Source: an uncultured cyanobacterium | GTDB lineage: Bacteria; Acidobacteriota; Vicinamibacteria; Vicinamibacterales; UBA2999 | Direction: 5' to 3' | Length of the DNA: 64,000 nt | NCBI GenBank assembly: GCA_963833135.1 | Contig: CAWHWW010000014.1 | Span: forward strand, 132,620-196,619 | Part shown: positions 9,817 to 20,749 of the stretch, one piece after another | Position numbering within the stretch: position 1 is the first letter of the stretch | Layout: each line of letters starts with the position of its first letter | Translations under genes and position numbers: made by a program | The notes under the pieces: model-generated | Databases searched by the model: none | Told to the model about the DNA's origin: nothing | What the model saw: the letters and a program-made list of their open reading frames with translations, nothing else

Positions 9817-9912
9817 AGGTCGTCTTGCGCCTGAGTTTCCCAACCCATCAGATTGGTGGGTAGCCGTCTCCCCATTCAGGGTAGAGCGCGGCCCAATAGC
9901 AGCTAAACTCTT

Positions 9913-9928
9913 GGGACTAGTCCTTGCA
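9913..9928 (+). promoter_or_regulatory. Possible sigma-54 promoter of the poly-HAMP kinase operon
   Basis: GGGACTAGTCCTTGCA: GG-N10-GC spacing with TTGCA; -24 element imperfect; ~40 nt before ATG. Confidence 0.4.
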
Positions 9929-9967
9929 TTGAAAGGCCGAGTTTCGAAACCGGAAGAGGTTCCCCCT

Positions 9968-12900
9968 ATGCACTTGGCCCGTACCAAGGCAGTGAAAAAC
10001 AAAGCGCGCGCTTCAACGACCGCTGTGGCCGGAACGGACACGCTGGACCATCGGGTGCTGTATGGCGTGCTCGCCGACTACCAACGCGGCAACTTCACGG
10101 TCAGGATGCCCGACGATCGCACGGGTCTCGCCGGAAAGATTTGTGACACGCTCAATTCGGCCATCGAGCGCAACGAGCGGCTCGTCAAAGAGCTCGAGCG
10201 CTTGAGCACCGTGGTCGGCAAGGCCGGCAACGTCAAGCAGCGCGCGCAGCTTCCATCAGCGGAAGGCGCGTGGAGCACCGCCGTCGAGTCGGTCAACACG
10301 CTCGTTTCCGACCTGGTTCAGCCGACCACCGAAGTCGCTCGCGTTATCGGCGCGGTCGCCAAGGGCGACCTCACGCAGACGATGTCGCTCGAGATCGAGG
10401 ATCGCCCGCTGACCGGCGAATTCCTGCGCACGGCCAAGGTCGTGAACACCATGGTGGCGCAGCTCGGCACGTTCTCGTCGGAAGTCACGCGCGTGGCCCG
10501 CGAAGTGGGCACCGAAGGCAAGCTCGGCGGCCAGGCGGTCGTGAAGGGTGTGGCCGGCACGTGGAAGGACCTCACCGACAACGTCAACCTGATGGCCGCG
10601 AACCTGACCTCGCAGGTCCGTAACATCGCGGAAGTGACCACGGCGGTCGCCAAGGGCGACCTCTCGAAGAAGGTCACTGTCGACGTGAAGGGCGAAATCC
10701 TCGAGCTGAAGGACACCGTCAACACGATGGTGGATCAGCTCTCGTCGTTCGCCGCGGAAGTCACGCGTGTCGCGAAGGAAGTCGGTACGGAAGGCAAGCT
10801 GGGCGGCCAGGCCGACGTGCGCGGCGTCGCCGGCACGTGGAAGGACCTCACCGACAACGTCAATGAGCTGGCCTCGAACCTGACGGTGCAGTTGCGCGAC
10901 GTGTCGAAGGTGGCGACCGCGATCGCGAGCGGCGACCTGAACCAGAAGATCACGGTCCAGGCGCAGGGCGAAATCCTGCAGATCAAGAACGTCATCAACA
11001 CGATGGTGGACCAGCTTGGTTCATTCGCATCGGAGGTGACGCGCGTCGCAAAGGAAGTGGGCACCGACGGCAAGCTCGGCGGCCAGGCTGACGTGCGCGG
11101 CGTCGCCGGCACGTGGAAGGACCTCACCGATAACGTCAACGCGATGGCCAGCAACCTGACGTCTCAGGTGCGCAACATCGCCGACGTCACGACCGCCGTC
11201 GCCAAGGGCGACCTTTCGAGGAAGGTCACGGTCGACGTCAAGGGCGAAATCCTCGAGCTCAAGAACACCGTCAACACGATGGTGGACCAGTTGTCGTCGT
11301 TCGCGTCGGAAGTCACCCGCGTCGCCAAGGAAGTCGGCACCGAAGGTCAGCTCGGCGGCCAGGCTGACGTGCGCGGCGTCGCCGGCACGTGGAAGGACCT
11401 CACCGATAATGTCAACGAGCTGGCCTCGAACCTGACGGTGCAGCTGCGCGACGTGTCGAAGGTCGCGACCGCGATCGCCAGCGGCGACCTCAACCAGAAG
11501 ATCACCGTGCAGGCGCGCGGCGAGATCCTGCAGATCAAGAACGTCATCAACACGATGGTGGACCAGCTGAGCGCGTTCGCGTCGGAAGTGACGCGCGTCG
11601 CGAAGGAAGTGGGCACCGAAGGCAAGCTCGGCGGCCAGGCCGAGGTCGGCGGCGTCGCCGGCACGTGGGAAGACCTCACCGACAACGTCAACGCGATGGC
11701 CAGCAACCTGACCAACCAGGTGCGCAACATCGCCGACGTGACGACCGCCGTCGCGCGCGGTGACCTCTCCAAGAAGATCACTGTCGATGCGCGGGGCGAA
11801 ATTCTCGAGCTCAAGAGCACCGTCAACACGATGGTCGATCAGCTGTCGTCGTTCGCATCGGAAGTGACGCGCGTCGCGAAGGAAGTCGGCACGGAAGGCA
11901 AGCTGGGCGGGCAGGCCGACGTGCGCGGCGTCGCCGGCACGTGGAAGGACCTCACCGACAACGTCAACGAGCTCGCCGGCAACCTGACGGTACAGCTGCG
12001 CGACGTCTCGAAGGTGGCGACCGCGATCGCCAGCGGCGACCTGAACCAGAAGATCACGGTGCAGGCGCAGGGCGAAATTCTGCAGATCAAGAATGTCATC
12101 AACACGATGACCGACCAGCTGAACGCGTTCGCGTCGGAAGTCACGCGCGTGGCGCGCGAAGTCGGCACGGAAGGCAAGCTCGGCGGCCAGGCGGACGTGC
12201 GCGGCGTTGCCGGGACGTGGCGAGACCTCACCGACTCGGTCAACTCGATGGCCGGCAACCTGACCGGCCAGGTCAGAAACATCGCGGACGTCACGACCGC
12301 GGTCGCGAAGGGCGACCTCTCGAAGAAGATCACGGTCGCGGTGCGCGGCGAGATTCTCGAGCTCAAGAACACCATCAACACGATGGTGGATCAGCTGAGC
12401 GCGTTCGCGTCGGAAGTGACGCGCGTGGCGCGCGAAGTCGGTACGCAAGGGCAGCTGGGCGGCCAGGCCGACGTGCCCGGTGTCGGCGGCACGTGGAAGG
12501 ACCTGACCGATAACGTCAACGCGATGGCCAGCAACCTGACCAACCAGGTGCGCAACATCGCCGACGTGACGACCGCCGTCGCCCGCGGCGACCTGTCGAA
12601 GAAGATCACCGTCGACGCCCGCGGCGAGATTCTCCAGCTGAAGGACACCGTCAACACCATGGTGGATCAGCTCAGCTCGTTCGCCGCCGAGGTGACGCGC
12701 GTCGCCAAGGAAGTCGGCACCGAAGGTCAGCTCGGCGGCCAGGCCGACGTGCGCGGCGTCGCCGGCACGTGGAAGGACCTGACCGACAACGTCAATCGGC
12801 TCGCCGCCAACCTCACCACGCAGGTGCGCGCGATCGCGGAAGTCGCGACCGCCGTGACGAAGGGCGACCTCTCGCAGTCGATCAACGTCGAGGCGGCCGG

Positions 12901-15691
12901 CGAAGTCGCGGCCCTCAAGGACAACATCAACGAGATGATCGTCAACCTGCGCGACACGACCGAGAAGAACACCGCGCAGGACTGGCTGAAGACCAACCTC
13001 GCGAAGTTCACGCGCCTGCTGCAGGGGCAGCGCGACCTCGCCACGGTGTCAAGGACGATTCTCTCGGAGCTTGCGCCGCTCGTGCCGATGCAGCACGGTG
13101 TCATCTACTTCAATGAATCGGTGACGGAGGAGCCGGATTTGCGGCTGCTTGCGAGCTATGCCTACACGGAAGCCGAGCAGCTGCGGACACGCTTCCGCGC
13201 CGGCGAAGGTCTGGTCGGCCAGGCCGCACTCGAAAAAGAACCGATTCTGCTGACTGACGTCCCGGCCCATTACGTCCAGATCAGCTCGGGCCTGGGCTCG
13301 GCGCCGCCCACGAACATCTTCGTCGTCCCGGTCCTGTTCGAGGGCCAGGTCAAGGCGGTGATCGAGCTGGCCTCGTTCTACCGCTTCAACGAAACCCACT
13401 TGAACTTCCTCGGCCAGCTCACCGAATCGATCGGCATCGTGCTCAACACGATCACCGCGACGATGAGGACCGAGGAGCTGCTCAAGCAGTCACAGTCGCT
13501 CGCGACCGAGCTGCAGAAGACCAACGAAGAGCTCGAGGAAAAAGCCGAACTGCTCGCGAAGCAGAATGCCGAAGTTGAACAAAAGAACCGGGAAATCGAC
13601 CTGGCCCGCCTCTCGCTGGAAGACAAGGCCGCGCAGCTTGCCCTCACCAGCCGCTACAAGTCGGAGTTCCTGGCCAACATGTCCCACGAACTCCGCACCC
13701 CGCTCAACTCGCTCCTGATCCTGTCGCGGCTCCTGGCGCAGAACTCGGAAGGCACGCTCACTGAGAAACAGGTCGAGTTCGCGAAGACGATTCACGCTTC
13801 CGGTTCCGACCTGCTCGAACTGATCAACGAAATCCTCGACCTCTCGAAGATCGAGTCCGGGATGATGGACGTCGACGCCGTGCCGGTCTCGCTGGCCGAC
13901 GTGCAGTCCTACGTCGACCGCACCTTCCGCGAGGTGGCGGGCAGCAAGGGCCTGTCCTTCAAGGTCAACCTCGATCCGGAGACGATCGGCTCGATCATCA
14001 CCGACCAGAAGCGAGTCCAGCAGGTGCTGAAGAACCTGATTTCGAACGCGATCAAGTTCACGGAGAGCGGCTCGGTGACCCTGACCATCGAGCCGGCCAC
14101 TCGCGGCTGGACGATGGACCATGCCGGCCTCGATCGGGCGACCAACGTCGTGGCGTTCAAGGTCGAAGACACCGGCATCGGCATCGCGCCGGACAAGCAC
14201 CAGGTGATCTTCGAAGCGTTCCAGCAGGCCGACGGCACGACCAGCCGCAAGTACGGCGGCACCGGTCTCGGCCTGTCGATCAGCCGCGAGATCGCACGGC
14301 TGCTCGGTGGCGAGATCAGGCTCACGAGCGCGGTCGGAAGCGGCAGTACGTTCACCCTGTTCCTGCCGTCGGTGTACGTGTCGACGCTGACCGCGGCCGA
14401 GCGCATCGCCGCCGTGCCCGTCGAAACGCGCATCGCCGTGGACCGGGCGCTCGCCGCCGCCGACATCCCGGCCGACGACAATCCGCTCAACGACGATCGC
14501 CAGCGCATCGAGCCCGGCGACCGGGTCCTGCTCATCATCGAGAACGATCAGGCGTTTGCGCGGATCCTCATGGATCGCGGGCGCGAACACGACTTCCGCG
14601 TGCTGGCCTCGGTGCGCGGCGACATCGGCCTGCAGATGGCCCGCCAGCATCGTCCCGACGCGATTACGCTGGATCTCGACCTGCCGGGACTTGACGGCTG
14701 GAACGTCCTCGACCGGCTGAAGCACGACGCCAGCACGCGCCACATCCCGGTGCACGTCATCACGGTGACCGACGATCCGCATCGGGGCATGCGCCTGGGC
14801 GCCAAGACGTTCTGGGCCAAGCCGTCGGATCGCGACGGCCTCGACCGGGCTTTCGATGCGATTCGCGAGTTCGACAATCGCAAGCTGCGCACGCTGTTGA
14901 TCGTCGAAGACGACCGGATCCAGCGCGATACGCTCGTCGAGCTGATCGGCGATCGCGACGTCGAGATCACGGCCGTCGGCAGCGGCGAGGAAGCGCTTGA
15001 CCAGATGGACAGGCGGCCCTTCGACTGCATCGTTCTCGACCTCGGCCTCTCCGACATGAGCGGGTTGCAGCTGCTCGAACGGATGCGGGCCGACCGGGCG
15101 CTGTCCCAGGTCCCGGTCATCATCTACACCGGCAAGGAGCTCACCAGGACCGAGGAAACCGCGCTGCGGCAACTGGCGCAGACGATCATCATCAAGGACG
15201 TCAAGTCGCCCGAGCGCCTGCTCGATGAGACGACGTTGTTCCTGCACCGAGTCGAGAGCGCGCTGCCGCCTGACAAGCAGCGGCTGCTCGATCGCCTGCA
15301 TCGCAGCGATCCGACGCTGACCGGCAAGAAAGCGCTGGTCGTCGATGACGACATCCGCAACATCTTTGCGCTGACGAGCATCCTCGAGCGGTACGAGATG
15401 GACGTGCAGTACGCCGAGAACGGCCACGATGCGCTCAAGTTGCTGAATGACAACCCGGACATCGACGTCGTGTTGATGGACGTCATGATGCCGGAGATGG
15501 ACGGCTACGAGGCGACACGACGCATTCGCGAGAACGCCGCGTTCGAGGATCTGCCGATCATCGCCATCACGGCGAAAGCCATGAAGGGCGACCGCGAGAA
15601 GTGCATCAACGCGGGCGCCTCCGACTACGTCACCAAGCCGGTTGATTCCGATCAGCTGGTTTCGCTGCTGCGCGTGTGGCTGTCGCGGTGA
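9968..15691 (+). CDS. Poly-HAMP hybrid histidine kinase (HAMP array-GAF-HisKA-HATPase-3xREC), resembles group III/Nik1-type kinases
   Basis: Nine 92-aa EVTRVA(R/K)EVGT..GGQA units; GAF (GEGLVGQAA); [11 protein letters not shown]; YGGTGLGL; three receiver domains; GAGG before ATG 9968. Confidence 0.93.
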   Translation: MHLARTKAVKNKARASTTAVAGTDTLDHRVLYGVLADYQRGNFTVRMPDDRTGLAGKICDTLNSAIERNERLVKELERLSTVVGKAGNVKQRAQLPSAEGAWSTAVESVNTLVSDLVQPTTEVARVIGAVAKGDLTQTMSLEIEDRPLTGEFLRTAKVVNTMVAQLGTFSSEVTRVAREVGTEGKLGGQAVVKGVAGTWKDLTDNVNLMAANLTSQVRNIAEVTTAVAKGDLSKKVTVDVKGEILELKDTVNTMVDQLSSFAAEVTRVAKEVGTEGKLGGQADVRGVAGTWKDLTDNVNELASNLTVQLRDVSKVATAIASGDLNQKITVQAQGEILQIKNVINTMVDQLGSFASEVTRVAKEVGTDGKLGGQADVRGVAGTWKDLTDNVNAMASNLTSQVRNIADVTTAVAKGDLSRKVTVDVKGEILELKNTVNTMVDQLSSFASEVTRVAKEVGTEGQLGGQADVRGVAGTWKDLTDNVNELASNLTVQLRDVSKVATAIASGDLNQKITVQARGEILQIKNVINTMVDQLSAFASEVTRVAKEVGTEGKLGGQAEVGGVAGTWEDLTDNVNAMASNLTNQVRNIADVTTAVARGDLSKKITVDARGEILELKSTVNTMVDQLSSFASEVTRVAKEVGTEGKLGGQADVRGVAGTWKDLTDNVNELAGNLTVQLRDVSKVATAIASGDLNQKITVQAQGEILQIKNVINTMTDQLNAFASEVTRVAREVGTEGKLGGQADVRGVAGTWRDLTDSVNSMAGNLTGQVRNIADVTTAVAKGDLSKKITVAVRGEILELKNTINTMVDQLSAFASEVTRVAREVGTQGQLGGQADVPGVGGTWKDLTDNVNAMASNLTNQVRNIADVTTAVARGDLSKKITVDARGEILQLKDTVNTMVDQLSSFAAEVTRVAKEVGTEGQLGGQADVRGVAGTWKDLTDNVNRLAANLTTQVRAIAEVATAVTKGDLSQSINVEAAGEVAALKDNINEMIVNLRDTTEKNTAQDWLKTNLAKFTRLLQGQRDLATVSRTILSELAPLVPMQHGVIYFNESVTEEPDLRLLASYAYTEAEQLRTRFRAGEGLVGQAALEKEPILLTDVPAHYVQISSGLGSAPPTNIFVVPVLFEGQVKAVIELASFYRFNETHLNFLGQLTESIGIVLNTITATMRTEELLKQSQSLATELQKTNEELEEKAELLAKQNAEVEQKNREIDLARLSLEDKAAQLALTSRYKSEFLANMSHELRTPLNSLLILSRLLAQNSEGTLTEKQVEFAKTIHASGSDLLELINEILDLSKIESGMMDVDAVPVSLADVQSYVDRTFREVAGSKGLSFKVNLDPETIGSIITDQKRVQQVLKNLISNAIKFTESGSVTLTIEPATRGWTMDHAGLDRATNVVAFKVEDTGIGIAPDKHQVIFEAFQQADGTTSRKYGGTGLGLSISREIARLLGGEIRLTSAVGSGSTFTLFLPSVYVSTLTAAERIAAVPVETRIAVDRALAAADIPADDNPLNDDRQRIEPGDRVLLIIENDQAFARILMDRGREHDFRVLASVRGDIGLQMARQHRPDAITLDLDLPGLDGWNVLDRLKHDASTRHIPVHVITVTDDPHRGMRLGAKTFWAKPSDRDGLDRAFDAIREFDNRKLRTLLIVEDDRIQRDTLVELIGDRDVEITAVGSGEEALDQMDRRPFDCIVLDLGLSDMSGLQLLERMRADRALSQVPVIIYTGKELTRTEETALRQLAQTIIIKDVKSPERLLDETTLFLHRVESALPPDKQRLLDRLHRSDPTLTGKKALVVDDDIRNIFALTSILERYEMDVQYAENGHDALKLLNDNPDIDVVLMDVMMPEMDGYEATRRIRENAAFEDLPIIAITAKAMKGDREKCINAGASDYVTKPVDSDQLVSLLRVWLSR
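10462..12950 (+). repeat. Intragenic 276-bp tandem repeat (x9) encoding HAMP units
   Basis: Recurring ggcacgtggaaggacctcaccgac at 276-bp spacing. Confidence 0.9.
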
Positions 15692-17394
15692 AACGACAAG
15701 TCAACATCCTCGTCGTCGACGATCGCGACGAGAACCTGATGGCGGTCGAAGCCGTGCTGAGCGACCCGGCCTATCACCTGGTCCGCGCCCGATCGGGCCG
15801 GGAGGCGTTGAAGCAGGTTCTCGACCAGGACTTCGCGCTGATCCTGCTCGACGTGGTGATGCCGGGTGTCGACGGATACGAGACGGCGACGCTGATCCGC
15901 GAGCGCCCGAGGTCCCGCCAGACGCCGATCATCTTCCTCACCGCCAACGACTGGGGCTCGCAGCACGTGTTCCGCGGCTACACCGTCGGCGCCGTCGACT
16001 ATCTGGTCAAGCCGGTGCCGGCCGACGTGTTGCGGTCCAAGGTCGCGGTGTTCGTCGAGCTGTTCAATCGCCAGGAGGCGCTGCGCATCGCGCAGGAGGA
16101 GCTCGAGCGAACGATTGCCGACCGCACCCGCGAGCTGGCGCAGACCAACGTGGCCCTGCAGGCTGAGATCGAAGAACGCAGCCGGATCGAGAAAGAGCGC
16201 GTGCAGCTCTTGCAGGGCGAACACGCGGCGCGGCTCGAGGCCGAGCGCGCGAATCGCGTGAAGGATGAATTCCTCGCCACTCTGTCGCACGAGCTGCGGA
16301 CGCCGCTCAACGCGATCATGGGCTGGGCGCACGTGCTGGGGCTGAGCAGTCACGATCGCGATACGGTGCAGCGCGCGGCGGCCGTGATTCGCCAGAACGC
16401 CACCTCGCAGTCGCAGCTGATCGACGACATCCTTGATGTGTCGCGTATCGTCGGCGGGCGGCTCGTGCTCGACACCCAGCTGGTGAACCTGCACGTCGTC
16501 ATCGACGATGCGATCGACTCGTTGATGCCGGCGGCGTCGGCCAAGACGATCCAGGTGACTCGCGATCTGAATCGTGAGATCACGGTCGTCGGCGATCGCG
16601 ATCGGCTGCAGCAGGTGGTGTGGAACCTCGTCTCGAACGCCTTCAAGTTCACGCCAAAGGGCGGTCGCGTCGAAGTGCGGCTCACGGAGGTCGAGGGCGA
16701 CGCGCAGATTGAAGTCATCGATACCGGCATCGGCATCTCGCCGGAGTTCCTGCCGTTTGTGTTCGATCGATTCCGGCAGGCCGACAGCTCGATGAGCCGC
16801 CGTCACAGCGGGCTTGGCCTGGGCATGGCGATTGTTCGGCATCTCGTCGAGCTGCACGGCGGCACCGTCAGTGTCGAGAGCGCCGGTGAGAACCAGGGCA
16901 CCACCTTCCGCTTGCGGCTCTCGTGCCACGCCGGCGCGGCATCCGAAGCGCCGGCCCAGGTCCTTCGCGCCTTCGCGGACCAGCTCCCGGAATCGGAGCT
17001 CGATCACCTCGACGGCGTTCACGTCCTCATCGTCGAGGACGATGCCGATTCACGCAACGTTCTCGCGGTCTTGCTGCAGCGGCTCGGTGCGCTTGTCGAG
17101 GCGGTGGCCTCCGCGAAGGAGGCCTACGATCGCGTCGCGCATCGCCGTCCGGACGTGCTCGTGAGCGACATCGGCATGCCGGAAGAGGACGGCTATTCGC
17201 TGATTCGCCGCTTGCGGCAGATGGGCGGGGAGCGAAAGCTGCCGGCCATTGCGTTGACCGCGTATGCCCGCGCGCAGGACGCCGATGCGGCGCTCGGCGC
17301 CGGCTACGATCGCCACCTGGCGAAGCCGGTGGCGCCGGCCGATCTGGTGCGCGCAATCAAGAGCGTGACGTTAGAAATAACAAATTCAAAATAG
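15688..17394 (+). CDS. Hybrid kinase/response regulator (REC-HisKA-HATPase-REC)
   Basis: ILVVDD..LLDVVMP; SHELRTPLN; HSGLGLG; C-terminal REC; GTGA overlap with upstream stop. Confidence 0.92.
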   Translation: MKRQVNILVVDDRDENLMAVEAVLSDPAYHLVRARSGREALKQVLDQDFALILLDVVMPGVDGYETATLIRERPRSRQTPIIFLTANDWGSQHVFRGYTVGAVDYLVKPVPADVLRSKVAVFVELFNRQEALRIAQEELERTIADRTRELAQTNVALQAEIEERSRIEKERVQLLQGEHAARLEAERANRVKDEFLATLSHELRTPLNAIMGWAHVLGLSSHDRDTVQRAAAVIRQNATSQSQLIDDILDVSRIVGGRLVLDTQLVNLHVVIDDAIDSLMPAASAKTIQVTRDLNREITVVGDRDRLQQVVWNLVSNAFKFTPKGGRVEVRLTEVEGDAQIEVIDTGIGISPEFLPFVFDRFRQADSSMSRRHSGLGLGMAIVRHLVELHGGTVSVESAGENQGTTFRLRLSCHAGAASEAPAQVLRAFADQLPESELDHLDGVHVLIVEDDADSRNVLAVLLQRLGALVEAVASAKEAYDRVAHRRPDVLVSDIGMPEEDGYSLIRRLRQMGGERKLPAIALTAYARAQDADAALGAGYDRHLAKPVAPADLVRAIKSVTLEITNSK

Positions 17395-17454
17395 GAAATA
17401 ACAAAAGAGAGTCCCGCCTTTTGTTATTCGTAATTTGTTATTCGTTATTTCTTC
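17372..17454. repeat. AT-rich 7-bp-period inverted repeat between convergent genes (likely bidirectional terminator)
   Basis: aaataac/aaattca/aaatagg/aaataac/aaaag ... cttttgttattcg/taatttg/ttattcg/ttatttc. Confidence 0.75.
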
Positions 17455-18162
17455 AGGCGCCGAGTGCGTAGACCACGAGGTTGACGCTGAAGCGAGTGTT
17501 GTCGTCGCGCTGAAACCGCTTGTTACGCCAGTCGTAGTCCCATTCGCAGCCGTAATCCTTGTTCGAGTAGAGCACGCCGATACGCGGTGATTCGCTTGCC
17601 CTGAGCGAGCCCGTCGGCTTCGCCGGCGGGCGAGTCGAAGGGATGCCGCGCAGGTAATCGTGCACGAGGTCGTCGCCCCACCCGTTGAGTTCGTGCGCCG
17701 TCTGCGGCGGTCCGTCAGGAAACTGGAAGAACGATCGATAGATCGCGTGCGTGCGCGGCAGCTTGTCCAGCGTGCCTGGGCCCGGGAAAGCGCGATGCAT
17801 CTCCTGCTCGAACGACGTCGCATAGAGCCCGGCGACATCGTGATTGCAATCGTCCGAAAACAGGAAACCGCCGCGCTCGACAAACTGCTGCAGGCGTTCC
17901 CGCTCGCGATCGCTGAAACGGACCAGTTTGTGGCCGGTCATGAACAAAAAGGGGAACGCCGGCAACTCGTCGGAGTCGGCGGTGATCACGATCTCCTCGG
18001 GATACACGGCGATGCTGGTGTATTCGACGATGGAGTTGAGGACGTTGGCGGCGACCTTCGGGTTGTAGTCCCAATCCCCGGAGTCGTAGCGCAGGCGCGC
18101 GAACACGAACTCGCCGGCGCGCGGCTTGCCTCGAACGGGGCGTGGTACTGGTCGAGATTCAC
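17453..18162 (-). CDS. DUF4159 domain protein (probable -1 homopolymer frameshift near 18140)
   Basis: FVFARLRYDSGDW, PFLFMTGH, GGFLFSDDC, NKDYGCEW; upstream GTG frame (MNLDQYHAP) joins if one C is added. Confidence 0.8.
17594..17642. repeat. Palindromic element in frame within the DUF4159 gene
   Basis: gcttgccctgagcga-gcccgtcggc-ttc-gccggcgggc-gagtcgaaggg; encodes PSTRPPAKPTGSLRAS. Confidence 0.6.
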
Positions 18163-18175
18163 CAAATCAAGTGTA

Positions 18176-18203
18176 CCGGTTCCCGATTCCCGTCTCCCGG
18201 GTC
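18176..18203. repeat. 7-bp-period repeat
   Basis: ccggttc/ccgattc/ccgtctc/ccgggtc. Confidence 0.55.
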
Positions 18204-18252
18204 CACCGGATTTGACGAGGTGGATGGCACGGATCGTGGTTTGAGTATTGAT

Positions 18253-19389
18253 ATGGCTGAGGCTCTAGAGGGTGAAAAGACCGTCGTCATCCCCGAGGTT
18301 CCGACTCGGATCACCGCCGGCCAGGTCATCGCCGTCATCCTGACGCTGGCAGCCTGCAACTACGCCAGGGGGGTGCTGGCGCCTATCCTGCTCGGTGTCC
18401 TTACCGCAGTGGCGTTGGCGCCGCTCGTCCGATCGTTGTCCCGCATGATGCCGCGTTGGCTGGCCGCCGCCATCGTGGTTCTGGGACTCGCCGGGAGCTT
18501 CGGCTTCGGTGTCTGGGTTCTGTCTGATGATGTCGCCGCGTTCAGCCGCCGGCTGCCAGGCATGGTCCGAGAGATTCGACTCGCGGTGCAATCTGTGTCA
18601 CCGCGCCAGAGCCTGCTCAATCAGCTGCAGCAGGCTGTTTCCGAATTGGAGAAGACCGCGACAGCGACGAAGAGCCCCGACGCGACGCCGGTCACGATCG
18701 TGGAATCGGTCGACGTGCAGCGGCAGGTCATGAATGGCGCGCGCAGTGCCGCCAATTACTCCGCGACCGCTATCCTCCTGATGTTCCTGGTCTATTTCCT
18801 GCTGTCCGAAGGCGAGATGTTCAAGGAGAAACTCGTCAAGCTCAGCGGCGAGCGGCTGTCGCAGAAGAAAGTGACGGTGCAGATGATCGACGAGATCATC
18901 GCGCAGGTGGGGCAGTTCGTGTTCTACCAGTTCTGGAGCGGCCTGCTCGTCGGCGTCGTGACATGGCTCTCCTTCATGTGGATCGGCATGCCTTACGCCG
19001 GCCTCTGGGGTGTCGCGGCCGGCGTGCTGAACTGTATTCCGTACTTTGGCCCGACGATCATCATGGTCGCTGCGTCAGCCGCCGCGGTGCTGCAATTCAA
19101 GTCGGCGTCGATGGTGGCGCTCGTCGCGTTCACGTCGCTGGCGATCACGTCGCTCGAGGGGTTCCTGCTTGCCCCGATCGCGCTCGGCCGCGCGGCCAGC
19201 GTCAACTCCGTGTCGATCTTCGTGGCGGTCATGTTCGGGGGCTGGATGTGGGGGCCGCTCGGCCTTATTCTCGCCGTCCCGGTGTTGATGATCATCAAGA
19301 CGGTGGCGGATCACATCGAGTCACTGTCGAGCCTGAGCCAGCTCCTCGGCGATCGCCAGCAGGGCACATCCATTGCACCGTCTCGATGA
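18253..19389 (+). CDS. AI-2E family transporter (PerM/YhhT-like)
   Basis: Multi-TM; LNCIPYFGP, LEGFLLAP, GGWMWGPLGLILAVP. Confidence 0.9.
   Translation: MAEALEGEKTVVIPEVPTRITAGQVIAVILTLAACNYARGVLAPILLGVLTAVALAPLVRSLSRMMPRWLAAAIVVLGLAGSFGFGVWVLSDDVAAFSRRLPGMVREIRLAVQSVSPRQSLLNQLQQAVSELEKTATATKSPDATPVTIVESVDVQRQVMNGARSAANYSATAILLMFLVYFLLSEGEMFKEKLVKLSGERLSQKKVTVQMIDEIIAQVGQFVFYQFWSGLLVGVVTWLSFMWIGMPYAGLWGVAAGVLNCIPYFGPTIIMVAASAAAVLQFKSASMVALVAFTSLAITSLEGFLLAPIALGRAASVNSVSIFVAVMFGGWMWGPLGLILAVPVLMIIKTVADHIESLSSLSQLLGDRQQGTSIAPSR
19362..19377 (+). promoter_or_regulatory. Sigma-54 promoter of the SRPBCC gene
   Basis: GGGCACATCCATTGCA (GG-N10-GC, GGCAC...TTGCA); GGGAG RBS and ATG 19402 downstream. 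Confidence 0.7.
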
Positions 19390-19401
19390 CGGGAGATCCA
19401 G

Positions 19402-20105
19402 ATGGAAGACACGTACACACTATCAAGGGCAAACGAGCTTGCATCGCGCCTGCCTGCCGCCAACGTCGGCAATACTGAGCGGCTCTTCACTCTGCGTGGC
19501 TGGCGCGGCGCTGCTGGGCTACGCAGTCGAAGAGCGGTTCCAAGGGCGTGGGCGCGATGTCTGCGGGACTGCTCGCGCGCAGCGTCTCCGGGTACTGCCC
19601 CGCTTACGCGGCCATGGGCGTCAACGGCACCGATACCAGACGCGCGTTGACGGCCGGTCGAGGCCTTCATATCCGTGAATCCGTCACGATCAACGCGCCC
19701 GCCGATCGCATCTATCGATTCTGGCGCCAGTTGGATCGACTTCCCGAAGTGATGCCGCACCTCGAGAAGGTTGAACAACTCGATACCAAGCGCTCACGCT
19801 GGACGGCGAAGGCTTTCGCCCAGGTGCCGATCACGTGGAGCGCCGAAATCATCAACGAGGTGCCGTTCGAGATCATCGGCTGGAAGACACTACCGGGCGA
19901 GACAATTCAGAACGCCGGCTCGGTCACGTTCAAACCGGTGCCTGGTAACGGTGGCACCGAAGTACGCGTGCACTTGCAGTACGCGGCCCCAGGCGGCAAG
20001 GCTGCGAGCTGGCTCGCGAAAATGGCCGGCGAGGATCCGGCAAGGCTGACGAGGGAAGGGCTCCTCGCGCTCAAACGCCAGTTCGAGATCCGCCGTCCGG
20101 CTTGA
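19402..20105 (+). CDS. SRPBCC (polyketide cyclase-like) protein with N-terminal DUF2892-like segment; frameshifted near 19490-19550
   Basis: NVGNTER, SGYCPAYAAMG, IRESVTINAP..IYRFWR, SRWTA, NAGSVTF. Confidence 0.85.
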
Positions 20106-20138
20106 TCTCGCCGGCAATTGTTCAAAATATGTGGGGAC

Positions 20139-20354
20139 TTACACGGACGAGGGAAGGCGATAGCGCTGGCCTTCGCGGCGGACCAGGAAGCCGGACTTTA
20201 CGAGCTCGCTGAGAAGCTCTTCGGCGCGAGCCGGGCTCAGCTGCCACAGCCGTGCTGCCTGCGCGGTCGTCAGGCACATGCCGGGCATCTCACGGAACTC
20301 CGCGCGCGCGCGGATGCTGAGAGCGTCTTTTGAATGATCTGGTGGGTTCGTCAT
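20139..20354 (-). CDS. Small winged-helix-like protein
   Basis: RAEFREMPGMCLTTAQAARLWQL..LSELVKSGFL; GGAGAGG RBS. Confidence 0.7.
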   Translation of the reverse strand: MTNPPDHSKDALSIRARAEFREMPGMCLTTAQAARLWQLSPARAEELLSELVKSGFLVRREGQRYRLPSSV

Positions 20355-20379
20355 CGGGACCTCTCCCGTCATGAAGCAT

Positions 20380-20395
20380 TGCATTTCAGGTGCCA
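20380..20395 (-). promoter_or_regulatory. Sigma-54 promoter of the small wHTH gene
   Basis: Minus strand TGGCACCTGAAATGCA (GG-N10-GC). Confidence 0.7.
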
Positions 20396-20710
20396 CGGTT
20401 GGAAGACCAAACTCCAACGATTTCGTGACTAAGTGAAAATTCAGCGCGACGATGTGAGTGTGGAATTGACCAGGGGTTGGTCGTTATTTACCGATCTGTG
20501 GAACGCGACGAGACCCCGTCTTCCGACTGTCTGCGTCTTCAGCGTCGGGCGGCGGCGTGGTCAATTTCACTGGTGATCTCCCGCCTTTCATGAGCGCGCA
20601 GCCCAGAAGAGCCCGCCACAACAGTAGAGTCGCCGCTCCGGCCAGCGCGACATAGGGGTTAAGGACGGTAGCTCGCCACCGCGACGAGATGATTTGGGGC
20701 ACGGCTGACT

Positions 20711-20726
20711 TGGCGGGCCCCTTGCT
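20711..20726 (+). promoter_or_regulatory. Sigma-54 promoter of the secreted lectin-like gene
   Basis: TGGCGGGCCCCTTGCT (GG-N10-GC, TTGCT); RBS and ATG 20750 follow. Confidence 0.6.
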
Positions 20727-20749
20727 TTGTAAGCAGCCGGGAGAAAGTC

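Noticed and set aside
10462-12950. Regular long repeats as a CRISPR array
   Set aside because: The repeats are 276-bp in-frame coding units with no unique spacers and no cas genes.
13490-17022. Long antisense ORFs (also 3448-5046, 23994-25667, 31653-33899, 39416-41263)
   Set aside because: Shadow frames expected from GC-rich codon usage opposite real genes; no recognisable motifs.
20484-20702. 72-aa ORF between the divergent promoters
   Set aside because: No convincing RBS or family motif, and it overlaps probable regulatory DNA; it cannot be excluded but is unsupported.
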